Positions 9,917 to 25,028 are shown, counted from the stretch's first letter. The stretch: 64,000 bases of DNA from Octopus vulgaris (GCA_951406725.2 OX597826.1:25606001-25670000), one strand, 5' to 3'. Numbers and translations: made by a program. The notes: generated by a model not told the origin, from the letters alone.

Positions 9917-10667
9917 CATTGCCTGACAGCCGATGCTGGTGTGTTTATGCTCATATGACTTGCCGGTTCTACAAAATAGACCGATAAAATAAGTACTAAG
10001 CTAACAAAGAATAAGTCCTGAAGGCGATTTCTTCGATGAAAACCCATCAAAGTGGTGCTCCAGCATAGCCGCAGTTCAGTGACTGAAACAAGTGCGAGAA
10101 TAAAAGAATAGTGCTGCTTCTATTTCAGGCTTCAATTTATTCTTTTGTATACACTGTCCGGGCAAAACCGCATATAATTTGCATATAAATCGTGGACTGG
10201 CGAAATGATTCATCGCCGAAACTGTTCAGGTGCTTCATGTTGACAATCCACAAAAATGGCGATACATTGATGCTCATCACTCCTAAATGGGATTGGAGAT
10301 GAGTTATCCCGCTTTTCCATGAGTTTCAGGTGTTTTCTCCACCACGCTATTTGGCAGCGTACCGGCAGATACATACGGCATGTACATTAAGTATATGTGG
10401 TTGGTACACACACACAAGATTTTGCTTCCTGGTTGGCGACTGATTCAAACTCCATTGGAGAGTAATTTGTAATATGAAACCAGAACTGACGCACTGTAGT
10501 TACACACGCGCACACACACACACACACAAACGCACACACACACACACATACACAGGCAGAAACCCAGACATATACATGCAGGCTCGTACATACAAATATA
10601 TGTGTTCTTTAAAAATAGGTATATTTGTACATGCATACGTAAATACAGATTCATAGACACACACATC

Positions 10668-10780
<113 letters not shown>

Positions 10781-10973
10781 ATAGACAGACAGACACAGAA
10801 ATACAACGGAGCAGATGTATTGCTTTTATAAATGGACATTACTCGTCTGTGTTCATACATATGTTTTCACATTTCTAGAAATAAACGAAGTCACATATTT
10901 ACTTAGTCTGTACAATTTTATAGAAAGATGTATTTATTTTCACTCGTTTGTGCGTGTGTATATGTGTATATAT

Positions 10974-11007
<34 letters not shown>

Positions 11008-11225
11008 ATATGTATATGTATATATGTATGTATGTATGTATTTGTACATGTGCACACATACACATACACATATATATGTATGTGTGATTGTGTGTGTGCG
11101 TATACGTGTGCGTATGACTAGATACGTATTTATTATCCCCAATAACTTAATACATTATTCCCAATATACAATAGCTGGCTGTTTATTAATTCACACGAGC
11201 AAGCACACGCGATCTCTCTCTCTCT

Positions 11226-11292
<67 letters not shown>

Positions 11293-11381
11293 AGAGAGAG
11301 AGAGAGAGAGAGGGAGAAAGAGAGAGAGAGTGAGAGAGCTTGACAGACATACATATACGTTCATATACATACATATATATG

Positions 11382-11420
<39 letters not shown>

Positions 11421-11460
11421 ATACATTCAAACATATATGTGTAAATATGTATACATACCA

Positions 11461-11520
<60 letters not shown>

Positions 11521-11844
11521 TATTATTATTTTTATTTTTATTGTATTTTTGTATTTATATATCGTCTGTTTTTCCGTCCTTGTTTTCATATACATTGGAT
11601 GCTTTTTTCCAAGGAATCTAATGTTCTTAGCTTAGTTTTTCTTTGGAGCTGGCCAGATTGGAGCAATCTCAAGATTAATCAACCGAAATTGCGAGGATGA
11701 TCCGGTTCTTGACTGAGGATAAAAAGCTTCGAATGAACCGTCCTTGTTTTTTTGTATCGTCTATCTGGATGTTTTGTTGTCCCTTTTTGTATCACCTTGT
11801 TGTCTGGATGTTTTGCGTTCTTGTTCCATTTTGTATGTTATATA

Positions 11845-11890
<46 letters not shown>

Positions 11891-11920
11891 CACATATATA
11901 CATACATACATATATACATA

Positions 11921-13884
11921 CAGGATGCGATGGGTAAATTGTCGCTATTTTATATTTTTAATTTTACGCATGCGCATTGTTTGTTTTTGATTTTGTCACC
12001 TACACAGTATAGTAGGATCAGTTGGTCACCGTCTGTGAGAAAAACAGCACCATGACGTAATTCACTCTGCCAGAAATTTGGAAACGACATGCTGTGCTGC
12101 TTGGCATTCGCGCCGGAAGCTCCAATACGAACATTTCAGAGTGTTTGGTTGTCAATCTGAGGACAGTGCAGAGCAGTGGTGGCTTGTGTATATGCACGGC
12201 GGAACTGCAGTACCCATATTTCCACTCGATATTATCGATAACATTCAATATAATGAGTCCTTTTTTCTTTATACCTGTAAATTATATAATCCTTAAGCTT
12301 AATGTCAGTAGCCATCCCTTTGTCTATGAAAAAAATACAAAAGTTTTTGTATAGGACTGTGCGCTTCACAGTTCCAACGACGCGGTGTTTGGCTGTTGTG
12401 TGCATGCTCACATGTCCCAGAAAGGAAGCTTCACGCTAGGGAGAGAGAGCATTGCGGTTTACGCAGTGCTGGTGAAAGGTAGTGTTTAATTTTCATTCCG
12501 CGTGTGTTGTGTTTAAAAACGTGTTTATATTCTTGAATGTGATAAAGTGTAGAATTAAGATTATTATCCTGCTTCCAGCTACAACGTTGCCGCCAGGATT
12601 TGAAAAATAGGGCAGATTCCTCATCCTTATTTTGTTATTTAGAGGGGATGTTTGAAAAACAAGGGGGAATTCGCAGAGGTATTCAATGAAAAAATTAGAC
12701 ACATTATCCGAGAGCAGCTAAAACGCGAACCGATCAAGTTTATGTATAAATATTCTTTTTGTATGTTTGTTTCCTTTTACACAATATTAAAACAACGGCT
12801 AAAAATTTTCTGAAGCAGCACCCCAACTATTGTTATCTACGAGTCGCCACTGGTGCAGAGGATTCGCAAGGAGTTGGGTGAGTCTAATGTGATTACGAAG
12901 ATACGGCAGCTCGGAAAACTCACTCTGATCGTTCTGATGAGAAAAGAAATTCTGAATTTGTTGGTGAGATCCAGGCCATGATTGACAACGATCCCTCCAA
13001 GTCAATTAGATCCATTGCCAGGGACATGGGAGTGTCTGAGTTTCTTATCAGGCAGGTAGTGCATGAAGACATTCGGTAATCTCCATAAAAGATGAGAAAG
13101 GGTAAATTTTTATCTCAAGACATCAAGTTCAAGAGGAAAGACTGCGCTACAAAGCTTTTGAATAAACTCAAGCATCCCCTCCAACCGAACATGTATTGGT
13201 TTTTCTCAGACGAGAAAAAATTCTGCCAAGATCAGATGGTGAACAGACAGAACGACCGTTGGCTTGCCGTGCCCCAAAAACATGTACCGAGAGTGATAAA
13301 AATCAAACATCTAGTGAACATCCTGGTGTTTGGAGTGATCACTAGTAATGGCGCCGTTATGCCTCCATTCAGCTGCCCACACAGCCTCAGACTGAACACG
13401 GAGGTCTACATCAAGTGCCTGGAGGAGGTAGTGTTGCCCTGGGTCAAGGGGTAGCTACTGGAAGACCCTATGCCTGATAACAGGACTCTGCACAATGTCA
13501 CACGAGCAGGAGAACCCAGACAATTTCTGCGTCCACATCACACATAACATCAGGTCACCTAACCCCACCCCCAGACTGCTCTCCCCTTGATTATTATGTA
13601 TGGAGCGCAGTTGAACGAGAGACCAACAAAACTCCTTGTAACAACAAAGATGAACTGAAGGCAAGGATCATGGCAGTATTCAACAACTTAAACAAGAAGA
13701 CAGCCCAGAAGAGTTGCAGGAGATTCCGAAGTCGTCTGCAGGTCGTGATTGTTTTGAATAAATTTACTCTTTAGTATTTCAAGATATTTCTTTGTAATTT
13801 TGGTAAATATATCTGTTGAAATGAGATGTCAGTGCCATTTTCATTTTTGCATAATTTAGATGACAAGTTATTCACCACACCCTG
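11921..13884 (+). mobile_element. Degenerate Tc1/mariner-superfamily element, maT/DD37D-like (~1.28 kb after removing the hAT insert)
   Basis: TA-flanked imperfect TIRs CAGG(A/G)TG..TAA.TTGTC; transposase remnants WFFSDEKKFCQD, VFGVITSNG, QDSA.CH, PLDYYVW with stops and frameshifts. Confidence 0.82.
12174..12852. mobile_element. Non-autonomous hAT element nested in the transposase gene
   Basis: 8-bp TSD GTGCAGAG (12166-12173, 12853-12860); TIRs CAGTGG(T/C)G(G/A)CT(T/C)GT. Confidence 0.88.
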
Positions 13885-13914
13885 TATACATATATACATA
13901 TATATATATGTATA

Positions 13915-13953
<39 letters not shown>

Positions 13954-14005
13954 GTGTGTATGTATATATGTATGTATACATACACACATACATGTATATA
14001 TATAT

Positions 14006-14110
14006 AAAGACTTGTTTTATTTATATTTCCTGAGCGCCATACTAATACAATTGTTCGTTTGTTTTCCACCTGCCTTCGTCTTTTGTCTATTTTCATAAAG
14101 CTTCCCGTTA
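14006..14110 (+). mobile_element. Solo 3' terminus (pLTR fragment) of the Penelope-like family
   Basis: Near-identical to the reverse complement of 22811-22915; within (TA)n. Confidence 0.85.
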
Positions 14111-14277
14111 TATATTTTGACTATTTATTAAAATTTTATGTATTGATTCAGTCTTTCCTTGTTTGTTTTGCAAAATAGTGGTTTTGTCTCTAATAATATT
14201 TTATAATATTTTACTATAAAATTGGATTTAATCCTAAATCTGATTTTTTTCCCTGTAAATTTGGATTTATTCCCTAA

Positions 14278-14337
<60 letters not shown>

Positions 14338-14338
14338 T

Positions 14339-14373
<35 letters not shown>

Positions 14374-14975
14374 TATATACATAGATACACATACATATAC
14401 ATACATACAAATATATATGTTAGACGCCATTTGCGTCCTTTTATACTTACGCCACACCCGGAACCAACGCCACTATCGGATTTACCAATTACATCTCTAC
14501 AGTATCCTACCAGCACTTGATAGCCTAAACGCTGTTTACCTCACTGTGAACGCGATCTCGCTCTACCTAGCAATTTCTGGCGTAATACGCGTGGCTGTGC
14601 CTAGATTCTATTGAAGCCTACAACTAACACACACGCACACAAACACACACACACATATATACAGACCTTTCATTGTATGTCTCTTCTCTTTGTATCATAT
14701 TTATACCTATTATTGTACGTACATAAACGCACGCATACACACACTTCACATGCACTTTACAGACACAAAACACTCACATATATACGCGCATACACATGCA
14801 CACACAAACACACGCAGATAAGCACACACAAACACGCATGTAACTTAGCAGTTTGGCAAAAGATAGCGATAGAATGTGCACTAGGCTTACAAAGAATAAG
14901 TCTTGGGGTAGATTTGTTCCACTAAATCCCTTTAAGGCAGTGCTCCAGCATAGTCGCAGACTGACACAAATAAAA

Positions 14976-15025
<50 letters not shown>

Positions 15026-15144
15026 CATTATATGTTTATATATTATCCAATATGTATATATATATATACATATATATCATTATGTATATATATACATATA
15101 TCAATATGTATATATATACATATATATTATATATTATCCAGTAT

Positions 15145-15188
<44 letters not shown>

Positions 15189-15217
15189 GCACAAGCACAA
15201 ACACTCGCAGACAAACA

Positions 15218-15253
<36 letters not shown>

Positions 15254-16590
15254 CGCGCGTACACACACTCGCGAGCACAACAAAGACCACGCATATGTGC
15301 TCTCGGTATCTCTGGGTAAAGTAATCGGATCCTGGTGTTTTTTCAGTAAATTGTACCTTGTTCTCGGAATTAGCTCAACTATCAGTAATGGGGGTATCAG
15401 ATAAGGGTATATACCCCAGGTTGGCTCCCAGTGAAGGAACACCAGAAAGCGTCGTGGGTGAGGTAAGTGGGTGGGAAGGGGAGGAAGGGAAAGACGATTA
15501 CGACAAGGGAATACGCATCTGGTAGACCCCTATCGGAGGATTATTACATACATACTCAACTCGCTGTTGACTTTTCATCGTCACGGTAACTCGGAAGCGA
15601 CGTATAAAAACCTATACAGCTGATGGCGCGCGCGGGCATTTTATCTATTTATTTATTTATTTATTTATATATACATTATATATATCATGTCTTATAAGGG
15701 AATTTTTACCCGATCTTCTAAGCTGTCTTCACAGCTATTCTCCTGCTTTTGAGATTTCCTTAATTTCTAGAATAAAAATAACACCTCACACGACACTTCA
15801 ACGTTTGTTTATAAAGTGTATTCTCACATTCCAAAGCTGTATATATATTCTTTTATTCTTTTACTTGTTTCAGTCATTTGACTGCGGCCATGCTCGAGCA
15901 CCGCCTTTAGTCGATCCCAGGACTTATTCTTTGTAAGCCTAGTACTTATTCTATCGGTCTCTTTTGCCAAACCGCTAAGTTACGGAGGACGTACACACAC
16001 CAGCATCGGTTGTCAAGCGATGTTGTGGGGACAAACACAGACACACAAACACACACATACGACGGGCTTCTCTTAGTTTCCGTCTACCAAATCCACTCAC
16101 AAAGCTTTGGACCGCTCGAGGCTATAGTAGAAGACACTTGCCCAAGGTGCCATGCAGTGGGACTGAACCCGGAACGATGTGGTTGGTAAGCAACGCCTAT
16201 ATGTATGTATGTATTCTTTTTATTAATTAGTTTTTTTTCTTAGACAGACGGAGGTGGTTTCTATCTGAAAAACAAACTTGAATAACAACAAAGATAATTG
16301 TTACGTATTTAATGTTAAGAAAGTGTAGAATATTTTTACTGTTGAATCGGTATAAAGATTGAATCGGTATAAAGTGCAAGTTGTAAGTCATTGTCTTTGT
16401 TTGAAAATTCTTGTTTATCTTTAATGTCGCTCATATAGTTATGATCCTTTAACGTTCTAAATCCAAAATCCCACCGAAATGTCCATGTCTTTCATCCCTA
16501 CAGAGCCGAGAAAATAAAGTACCAGTCAAATACGCTGGGATCGAAACATCTTACTTTCTTACTAGCTTTTTCCTTACAAAATTGTACCTA

Positions 16591-17836
16591 CGAGGGGCGT
16601 TCAATAAGTAATGCCTCTGACCCACTTGCAGTTGTTTGATCTAGCTGAAATTTTGTATGTGCAATTATTTATATCTCTATAGATTAAGTGGCAAATTACA
16701 GCTCTGAACTAATTGTGGTTTCTGATTTACAGGTGTTTGAACTGAGTCAAGTGTGAAACGGAGCCTGTTGAGTGTCGAGCAGTGATGTTTTTGTATTTGA
16801 AAAGACGCACACCACGGGAGACTTTTGATGAAATAAAAGTAACTTATGGTAATGATGCCCCATCATATGACCTTGTAAAACGCTGGCATCGTGAATTCAA
16901 GCATGGTCGGAACTTTGTGGAAACAGCTCCCAGATCTGGTCGCCCCCTTCTGCCATTGATGAGGCATCTGTCCGTCAAGTTGAGGCTGCCATTTTGGAAG
17001 ATCGACGCATGACTATTCGCCAAATAGCCCATGAGGTCAAGATTAGTACCGGGTCTGTGGAAACTATCATTTCTGACCATTTGCATATGCAAAAGGTGTC
17101 TGCCAGATGGATTCCCAGGCTGCTCACACCTTTCCAGAAGCAAGAACGCGTCGATTGCGCGAGGATGAATTTGAAGATGTGCCAAGAAGATGAGTCAAAA
17201 TTTTTCAAAAGACTGATCACACAGGATGAAACCTGGGTCCATCACTATGATCTAGAGACCAAAGCCCAGTCAATACAGTGGAAGCACCGTGACTCACCTC
17301 CTCCAAAGAAGGCAAGGGTGCAGCCCTCCGCTGGCAAGGTCATGCTCACAGTCTTCTGGGACCAGGACGGAGTAGTGATGACAGATTTCTTGGCAAAGGG
17401 TGCCACAATTACAGGAGTCTATTATGCTTCACTTTTGAGGAAATGAAGAGAAGCTATCAAAATCAAGAGGCGGGGCAAGATCAGCAAAGGCATCCTCCTC
17501 CTGCAGGACAACGCTCCGATCCACAACTCATCCCTCATTCTCCCTACTCTCCTGACCTGCACCCTCTGATTTTCACCTCTTCCCAACCATGAAGTTGTTT
17601 TTGAAAGGAAAGCGTTTCCCAGATGATGCAGTCTTGATTTCTGAAGTCACGTCGTGGTTGGAGGACCAAGCTGGGGGTCTTCTACAAAAACGGTCTTCAG
17701 AGCTGCATCAAACGATGGGAGAAATGCGTAACTCTGGGTGGTTCCTATGTTGAAAAAGACTAATAACTGTGCCAAGTTTCGTTGCTCTACTGCTATGGGA
17801 AGTGGGTCAGGGGCATTACTTATTGAACGCCCCTCG
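16591..17836 (+). mobile_element. mariner (DD34D, irritans-like) with transposase pseudogene
   Basis: 37-bp TIRs CGAGGGGCGTTCAATAAGTAATGCC(T/C)CTGACCCACTT, TA TSDs; motifs WIPRLL, TQDETWVHHY, SAGKVMLTVFWD, QDNAP, YSPDL; frameshifts, a stop at 17444-17446 and an internal deletion. Confidence 0.93.
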
Positions 17837-18764
17837 TATGTGTGCATACGTTAATTTATGTAATGTGTGCGCACGTTAATTTATGTAATGTGTGCATAAT
17901 GATGAAAGAAAGTGTATTATACGCAACACAATAAATTCTTGATTTATTGAATAGATTTTCTATTGCAGAGAACGTATAACGATTGCTTGGTGTAAAGTGT
18001 GATTAACTTCAAATGAGAAGGGGAGATAATCCCAAGAACCTAAAGTACCAAAAATCTGAGGTGTTATTAAATAAATCGTAATCTGGTTATCTGGAAACAA
18101 GAGGGCAGGACGGGGTAGGTTTCTACCTCAATAAGCGTCATTAGTCCAGCGGTTACCCAATATACGATTCTTAAGATTATCACCACTTTTCCCTTGGAGA
18201 TAGTCTTGATAATCACCAAGCGATTATTCTACATTCTTTAGAAGTGGAGTTCATTTCAGCAAATCAAATATTTGTCTCGTGTGGTATTTGATATAGACTT
18301 ATTCCTCTTTGTTGTTCAAACATACACCGCAGGACACTCTTAACTCATATAGACTTCATTTATTTATATGAGTGCTTGTGAAAGAGTGCTTGCGTGGGTG
18401 TCTTTGTGTGCGCGTGTGTCTGTGTGTGTTTAAGTGTGTGTCTATTAAAGGCAATTTATTCTTGAGCACGGCAATGCCGCGCCCACCCGTTAAACAATAC
18501 AAATTGAGAATCCATGTAAAAGCAATTGCGAAAGTAAACATAAAGACGTGGCTGCGTGGCGAGAAGTGGCTTCTGAATCACATAGTTCCGGGTTCGGTTC
18601 CCTCAGGCATGGCTGTGTCGTAAAGAGCTTGCTTTCCAACCACATGGTTTCAGGTTCTGTCCCACTGCGTGGCACCATGGTCAAATGTCTTCTACTATAG
18701 CCTCGGGCCGACCAAAGCTTTGTGGATGGATTTGGTTGACGGAAACTGAAAGAAGCCCGTCGTG

Positions 18765-18860
<96 letters not shown>

Positions 18861-18866
18861 GACACA

Positions 18867-19087
<221 letters not shown>

Positions 19088-19110
19088 GTATATATTTATA
19101 TATATATATA

Positions 19111-19163
<53 letters not shown>

Positions 19164-19670
19164 GTGTGTGAGTGTGTGTTCCTCCATTACCGCTTGACAA
19201 CCGGTGCTGGTGTGTTTACGTCCTCATAATATAGCCGTTCAGCAAAACAGACTGATAGAATAAGTACTAAGCTTAAAAAAGTCCTGGGGTTGATTTCTTC
19301 GACTATAACCCTTCAAGGGGGTGCTCCAGGATGGTCGCAGTCAAATGACTGAAACAAGTAATAGAATAAAGGAATATACGTGTGTGTGAGTGCGCGCGTG
19401 TGTGTATGAATGAGTGTGTGTGTGTGTGTGAATGTGTGTATGTATCTTTGTGTCTTTGTTCACCCAACCCCTTGACAACCGGTGTTGGCCTGTTTATATC
19501 CCCGTAAGCTAGTGGTTCAGCGAAAAGAAACCAGTAACATAAGCAGCAGACAAAAAAAAGCAACATAAGTTCTAGAGTTGATTTCTTTTGCGTGGCACCT
19601 CGGGCAAATGTCTTCTACGGACAAATGCCTTGAGTGGATTTGGTAGACGGAAACTGAAAGAAGCCCGTCG

Positions 19671-19782
<112 letters not shown>

Positions 19783-20212
19783 TGTGTGTGTGTGTGTGTT
19801 TGTGTGTCTTTGTTTGTCCCCCCAACATCGCTTGACAACCGATGCAGGTGTGTTTACGTCCCCGTAACTTAGCGGTTCGGAAAAAGTGACCAATAGAATA
19901 AGTACTAGGCTTACAAAGAATAAGTCCTGGTGTCGATTTGCTCGACTAAAGTCGGTGCTCCAGCATGGATGCTGTCAAATGACTGAAGCAAGTAAAAAAG
20001 TAAGGCATTGCCCCAGTATGGGCGTAGACCAATGACAGAAGCAATCAAAGAGAAAATGTAAGATATAGACAATGGCTGTTATATACGATTGCAAAATTCG
20101 ACAAAAACTGAATGCGTCAAAGCAGAAATACTTGCGGTGGTGGCAGAGAGGGAGATTTGAGGCTTGGCGTTTTGAAAATGGCAATAAGAAAAATTATAAG
20201 ATTAAAATATTA

Positions 20213-21630
20213 ATTTTAAATTTTGGCACAAGGTCTGTATATTGTGGAGAAGGGGTATGTCAATTACATCGACCCCAGTGCACATCTGGTATTTATTTTA
20301 GCGATCCTGGCAGGATGAAAGACAAATTCGACCTCGGCGGAATTTGAACTCACAACATCCAAGTCGACCATATGCCGCTATGCATTTTGCCCGGCCTGCT
20401 AACGATTCTTATTTCTTTATTGCCCACAAGAGGCTAAATATAGAGGGAACAAACAAGGAAAGACAAAGGGATTAAGTCGATTACATCGATCCAAGTGCGC
20501 AACTGATACTTAATTTATCGACCCCTAAAGGATGAAAGGCAAAGTCGACCTCAGCGGAATTTGAACTCAGAACGTAAGGGCAGACGAAATACCACTAAGC
20601 ATTTTGCCCAGCGTGCTAACGATTCTACCAGCTCGCCGCCTTAAGAGAGTAAATTGATATTAGTTTCAAATTTTGGCACAAACCCAGAAATTTTTCCGGA
20701 GGAGTTAAGTCAATTACACCGACCCCCCCCCCCGTATTCAACTGGTATTTAGTTTATGACTCGGAAAAGATGAAAAGCAGAGTTGAACCTTGGCGGAATT
20801 TGAACTCAGAACGTAAAGACGGATGAAATGCCGTTAAGCATTTGAACCGGCGTACTGCAAACTCTCCACCCCAGCATAGCGGGGAAAACATACTGGTTTC
20901 CAATTTTTGGCAAAGGAACAGTAATTTTGGGGGAAGGGTTAAGTCGATTCCATCGACCCCAGTGTCCAATTGGTACTTCTTTTATCAACTTCGAAAGGAT
21001 GAAAAGCAAAGTCAACCTCGGCTGTAGTTGAACTCAGAACGTGCGCGGCGTGCTAAAGATTCTTTTCTACTCTAGGCACAAGGCCCGAAATTTTTGGGGA
21101 GGAGACCAGTCAATTAGATCAATCCCAGTAGGCAACTGGTACTTAATATATCGAACCCCAAAAGGATGGAAGGCAAAGTCGACCTCTGTGTAATTTGAAC
21201 ACAGAACGTAAAGATAAACGAAATACCTATTTCTTTACTACCCACAAGGGGCTAAACACAGAGAGGACAGGGCTAAACATAGAGGAGACAAACAAGGACA
21301 GACAAAGGGATTAAGTCGATTACATCGACCCCAGTGCGTAACTGGTAATTAATTTATCGACCCCGAAAGGATGAAAGGCAAAGTCGACCTTGGTGGAATT
21401 TGAACTCAGAACGTAACGGCAGACGAAATACGGCTGCGCATTTCGCCCGGCGTGCTAACGATTCTGCCAGCTCGCCACCTTCTAGGGAGGGTGGCCAGTC
21501 GATTAGATAGACCCCAGTGCGTAACTGGTACTTAATTTATTGACCCCGAAAGATGAAAGGCGTAAAGACACGAATTACCGCTAAGCATTTCGACCGGCGT
21601 TTTAACGTTTCTGCTGCCACGCCGCCTTAC
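20213..21630 (-). mobile_element. Head-to-tail cluster of SINE family B (GCCTTTCATCCTTTCGGGGTCGATAAA central domain, MetaSINE-like)
   Basis: At least 6 partial or complete units with B box GAGTTCAAATTCC; solo copies near 31065-31280, 33620-33805, 53670-53860, 61480-61650, 63920-64000. Confidence 0.82.
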
Positions 21631-22211
21631 GCAAGGTTAAAAATATTAATGAAATAAATAATGTGAACATATTAACTCGTCTGTGAAGCAATAAAGATTA
21701 ATAATATTATAATGAATGTACAATCATTTGTGAAAAAACACAGAGGTTTCATATGTAGAAGACATTAAAGGAAACTGAAGACAGTTCTTTGATATTAACT
21801 GAGAGCAATGAAAGGATAAGAAAGATGGTGTGGTTTATGATTTATATGAAGAGAATTATTTAGTTTCTTTGCTTTTATATGTATCTGAACCGGTGCCGCC
21901 GCTCTACCATTTTTTCCCCATCCTTCGCGGGGGCTCGACGCCACAGCAGCCTCACCGCCGTCCCTCGTTTGCGCCCCATCTCAAGTACAGAACGAAACAA
22001 TGTATGTATGTAAGCATGTATGTATGTATGCATGTATGTAAGCATGTATGTATGTGTGTGTGTGTATGAACTTATGCTCTCCCTTAGTATCTTGTTTTCT
22101 ATGCTCAATGTAAATATATTTGTATATAATATATGTATGTGTATGTGTGTGTGTGAGTTTATTCCTTTGAATATATGTAGTTATATGACTCTATGAATAT
22201 CTATATCTATC

Positions 22212-22301
<90 letters not shown>

Positions 22302-22664
22302 CATATATGTCAAGCTAAATTGTGTTTATCTGCATTACAATCTCTTTTTTCAAGGTAATGCCCCAGCACGGCCGCATACTAATGACTGAAGCAAGGAAAA
22401 GATAAAGATATATATACACACATATACTTACATATATTCTATATGTGCATATATATATATATTTTTTATTTTACTTGTTTCAGTCATTTAACCGCGACCA
22501 TGCTGGAGCACCGCTTTTAATCGAGCAAATCGACTCCAGGACTTATTCTTTGTAAGGCTAGTACTTATTCTATCGGTCTTGTTTGCCAAACCGATATACT
22601 ATGGGGCTGCAGACACACCAACATTGTTTGTCAAGCGATGGTGGGAGGACAAACAGAGACATAC

Positions 22665-22809
<145 letters not shown>

Positions 22810-22910
22810 ATAACGGGAAGCTTTATGAAAATAAACAAAAGACGAAGGCAGGTGGAAAACAAACGAACAATTGTATTAGTATGGCGCTCAGGAAATATAA
22901 ATAAAACAAG

Positions 22911-22948
22911 TCTTTAACGTTTCGAGCCTACGCTCTTCAACAGAAAGA
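22911..22948 (-). ncRNA. Minimal type I hammerhead-like motif in the PLE terminal repeat (variant core)
   Basis: UCUUU-CUGUUGAA-GAGC(GUAG)GCUC-GAAAC-GUU-AAAGA; second copy at 29565-29602; core deviates from CUGANGA. Confidence 0.6.
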
Positions 22949-23450
22949 TACACAGAGAGAGAAAAACACAGAAAGAAGGAGAGAAAAAAAATGCGTGCAG
23001 TAGCTAACGAATCAACATGGCGATCTGATTTCGGCCAGAGGTCAAAGATCAAACATGAGACGCGAGAGCGAAATAAGGGGAGATAATAGGGTTGATAAGT
23101 GGGTTGAGGGACCAGCTAAAAGTGCGTGGGAGGGGTCTGGATGTGTGTATGTATAGGGTTGGTGTATGTATTAGTATGTATAAGGGTGTGTGTGTGTGTG
23201 TGTGTGTGTATGAGAGAGTATTAGTGCGTAAGATTGGTCTGGACGTGCGTATGTATGGGGTTGGTGTATGTATTAGTATGTATTAGTATGTATTAGTACG
23301 TATTGGTATGTATAGGTGTGTGTGTGTGTGTGAGAGAGAGTATAAGTGCGTATGCGGGGTCTGGACGTGTGTATGTATAGGGTTGGTGTAAGTATTAGTA
23401 TGTACTAGTATGTATTAGTACGTATTAGTATGTATTAGTTGGTGTGTGTA

Positions 23451-24854
23451 TTAGTATGGCACATCATATGTGATGTGATGTGTAAAGTCATGTGGTGTAG
23501 TGAGGAGAAGAGGGGCAGGGGGAAAGAGGGGGGAGAGAAGGGGAGGGGAAGAAGGGGGGAGAGGAGAGGATGGGGGAGAAGGAAGGGGATGAGGGGGATG
23601 AAGGAGGAAAGAGGGAGAGGGGGAGAGAGAAGGGGAGAGAGGGAGTGAGGGAGCAGAGGGAAGGGGAAGAGGGAGGGAGAAAGAGGGAAGAAGGGAAGGG
23701 GAGTAGGGGGTGAAAGGATGAAGGACTGAAGAAGTAGGGGTCGGGGGGAGAAAGGATAGGTGAGGAGGGGGGAGAGGGGGGTTAGATGAGGAGGGGGGAG
23801 AGTTGAGACCAAATGGCGTATAAGAGCGAAGAGAGAAGATTAATTCCTGTTCACGGCGCAAACGGGAATCCGGATGGCCTCTGTGTAAGGACAAACCGAA
23901 CACAGATAGGTGTTGCAAGGAGTGACCGGTGGAGCGGAAATGGCGTGAGACCGGTGTGTCGTTCGCAAGGTGGATGTCACGAAGGTGTTCCGCGAACCGG
24001 TCAGCCAAGCGGCGTCCCGTTTGTCCGATGTACAAGGAATTGCAGAGAGAGCAAGAGATGCAATAGATAATATTGCTGGAGGTGCAGGTGAAGGAGTGGA
24101 TGATGGGATAGGGTCGATGGTGGGTGCTAGTGAGGCGGGTGGTGTTGGAGAGGTAAGGGCAAGTGCGGCAACGTGGGCGGGAGCAGGGGAACGAGCCGGG
24201 TTGGGAGGTAGGGTCAGGGAAGGAGCTATGGACCAAAAGGTCTCGAAGGTTGTGGGCTCGTTTGAAAGAGGGGAGGGGTCGGTTAGGGAAGAGGTGTGAA
24301 GTGGACGGGTCGGACTGGAGATGACGGAAAGCTCGAAGAATGGTGCGTTGGAGACGTAGGGTCGTGGGGTGGTAAGTGAGGGGAAAAGGGAGGCGGGAGA
24401 CTACAGGGCGGGTTCGGGGAGAGAGAGCAGATACACGGTCCACGGACCGTGCTCTGGCAAGGGCGGTGTGGATAGTGGTGAGGGGGTATCCACGTAGGGT
24501 GAAGTGGTGAGCCATACGTTGAGACTGAGTCTCAAAGTCATGGTCGTCACTACAGAGCCTACGTAGACGGAGGAATTGGGAATAGGGGATGGAAAGCTTG
24601 GTGTGTTCTGGGTGGGAGGAAGAGAAGTTGAGGTATGAGTGTGAGTCTGAGTGTTTGTAGTGAATGGAGGTGGTAAGAGTGGAGTGAAGAATGCTAACCG
24701 AAATGTCGAGGAAGGAGACAGAGGTGTTGGAGATAGTGGAAGTGAAGTGGAGGGCTGGATGGAAAGATTGGACGAAAGAGAGGAAGGAATCTAGATGTTC
24801 GCGGGAGAGTGAGGTGGCACCGATAATGTCGTCAATATAACGACCATATAGTTC
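23451..24854 (-). pseudogene. PLE polyprotein fragment: RT (YIDD) - CxxxxCxxC linker - GIY-YIG endonuclease
   Basis: Frame stays open upstream of the listed ATG: ELYGRYIDDII (YIDD 24828-24839), SFLDI, IPYSQFLRLRRLCS, CSRPRCRTC, NIIYCISC..LYIGQT.R..DRFAEH, GLN. Confidence 0.9.
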
Positions 24855-24875
24855 AATATATATATATTATATATT

Positions 24876-24908
<33 letters not shown>

Positions 24909-24994
24909 ATATATATATATATTATATATATATATATTATATATATTATATATATATATATTATATATATTATATATATATATATTATATATAT

Positions 24995-25028
<34 letters not shown>

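Larger units (their letters stand above)
5428..10110 (+). mobile_element. SINE family A copy split by the LTR element (5428-5554 + 9821-10110)
   Basis: Head and CORE-like part precede the TSD; microsatellite and tail follow it. Confidence 0.8.
22811..24855 (-). mobile_element. 5'-truncated Penelope-like element (Neptune-like) in (TA)n
   Basis: RT C-terminus, Cys linker and GIY-YIG, then a low-complexity 3' region and a terminal repeat also found at 14006 and 29471. Confidence 0.9.

Noticed and set aside
20213-21630. CRISPR-like recurring motifs
   Set aside because: Long diverged SINE units, no spacers, no cas genes, eukaryotic context.
23451-23790. Pro/Leu/Ser-rich extension of the PLE ORF as an extra domain
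   Set aside because: Read-through into a pyrimidine-rich low-complexity tract after the GLN motif.
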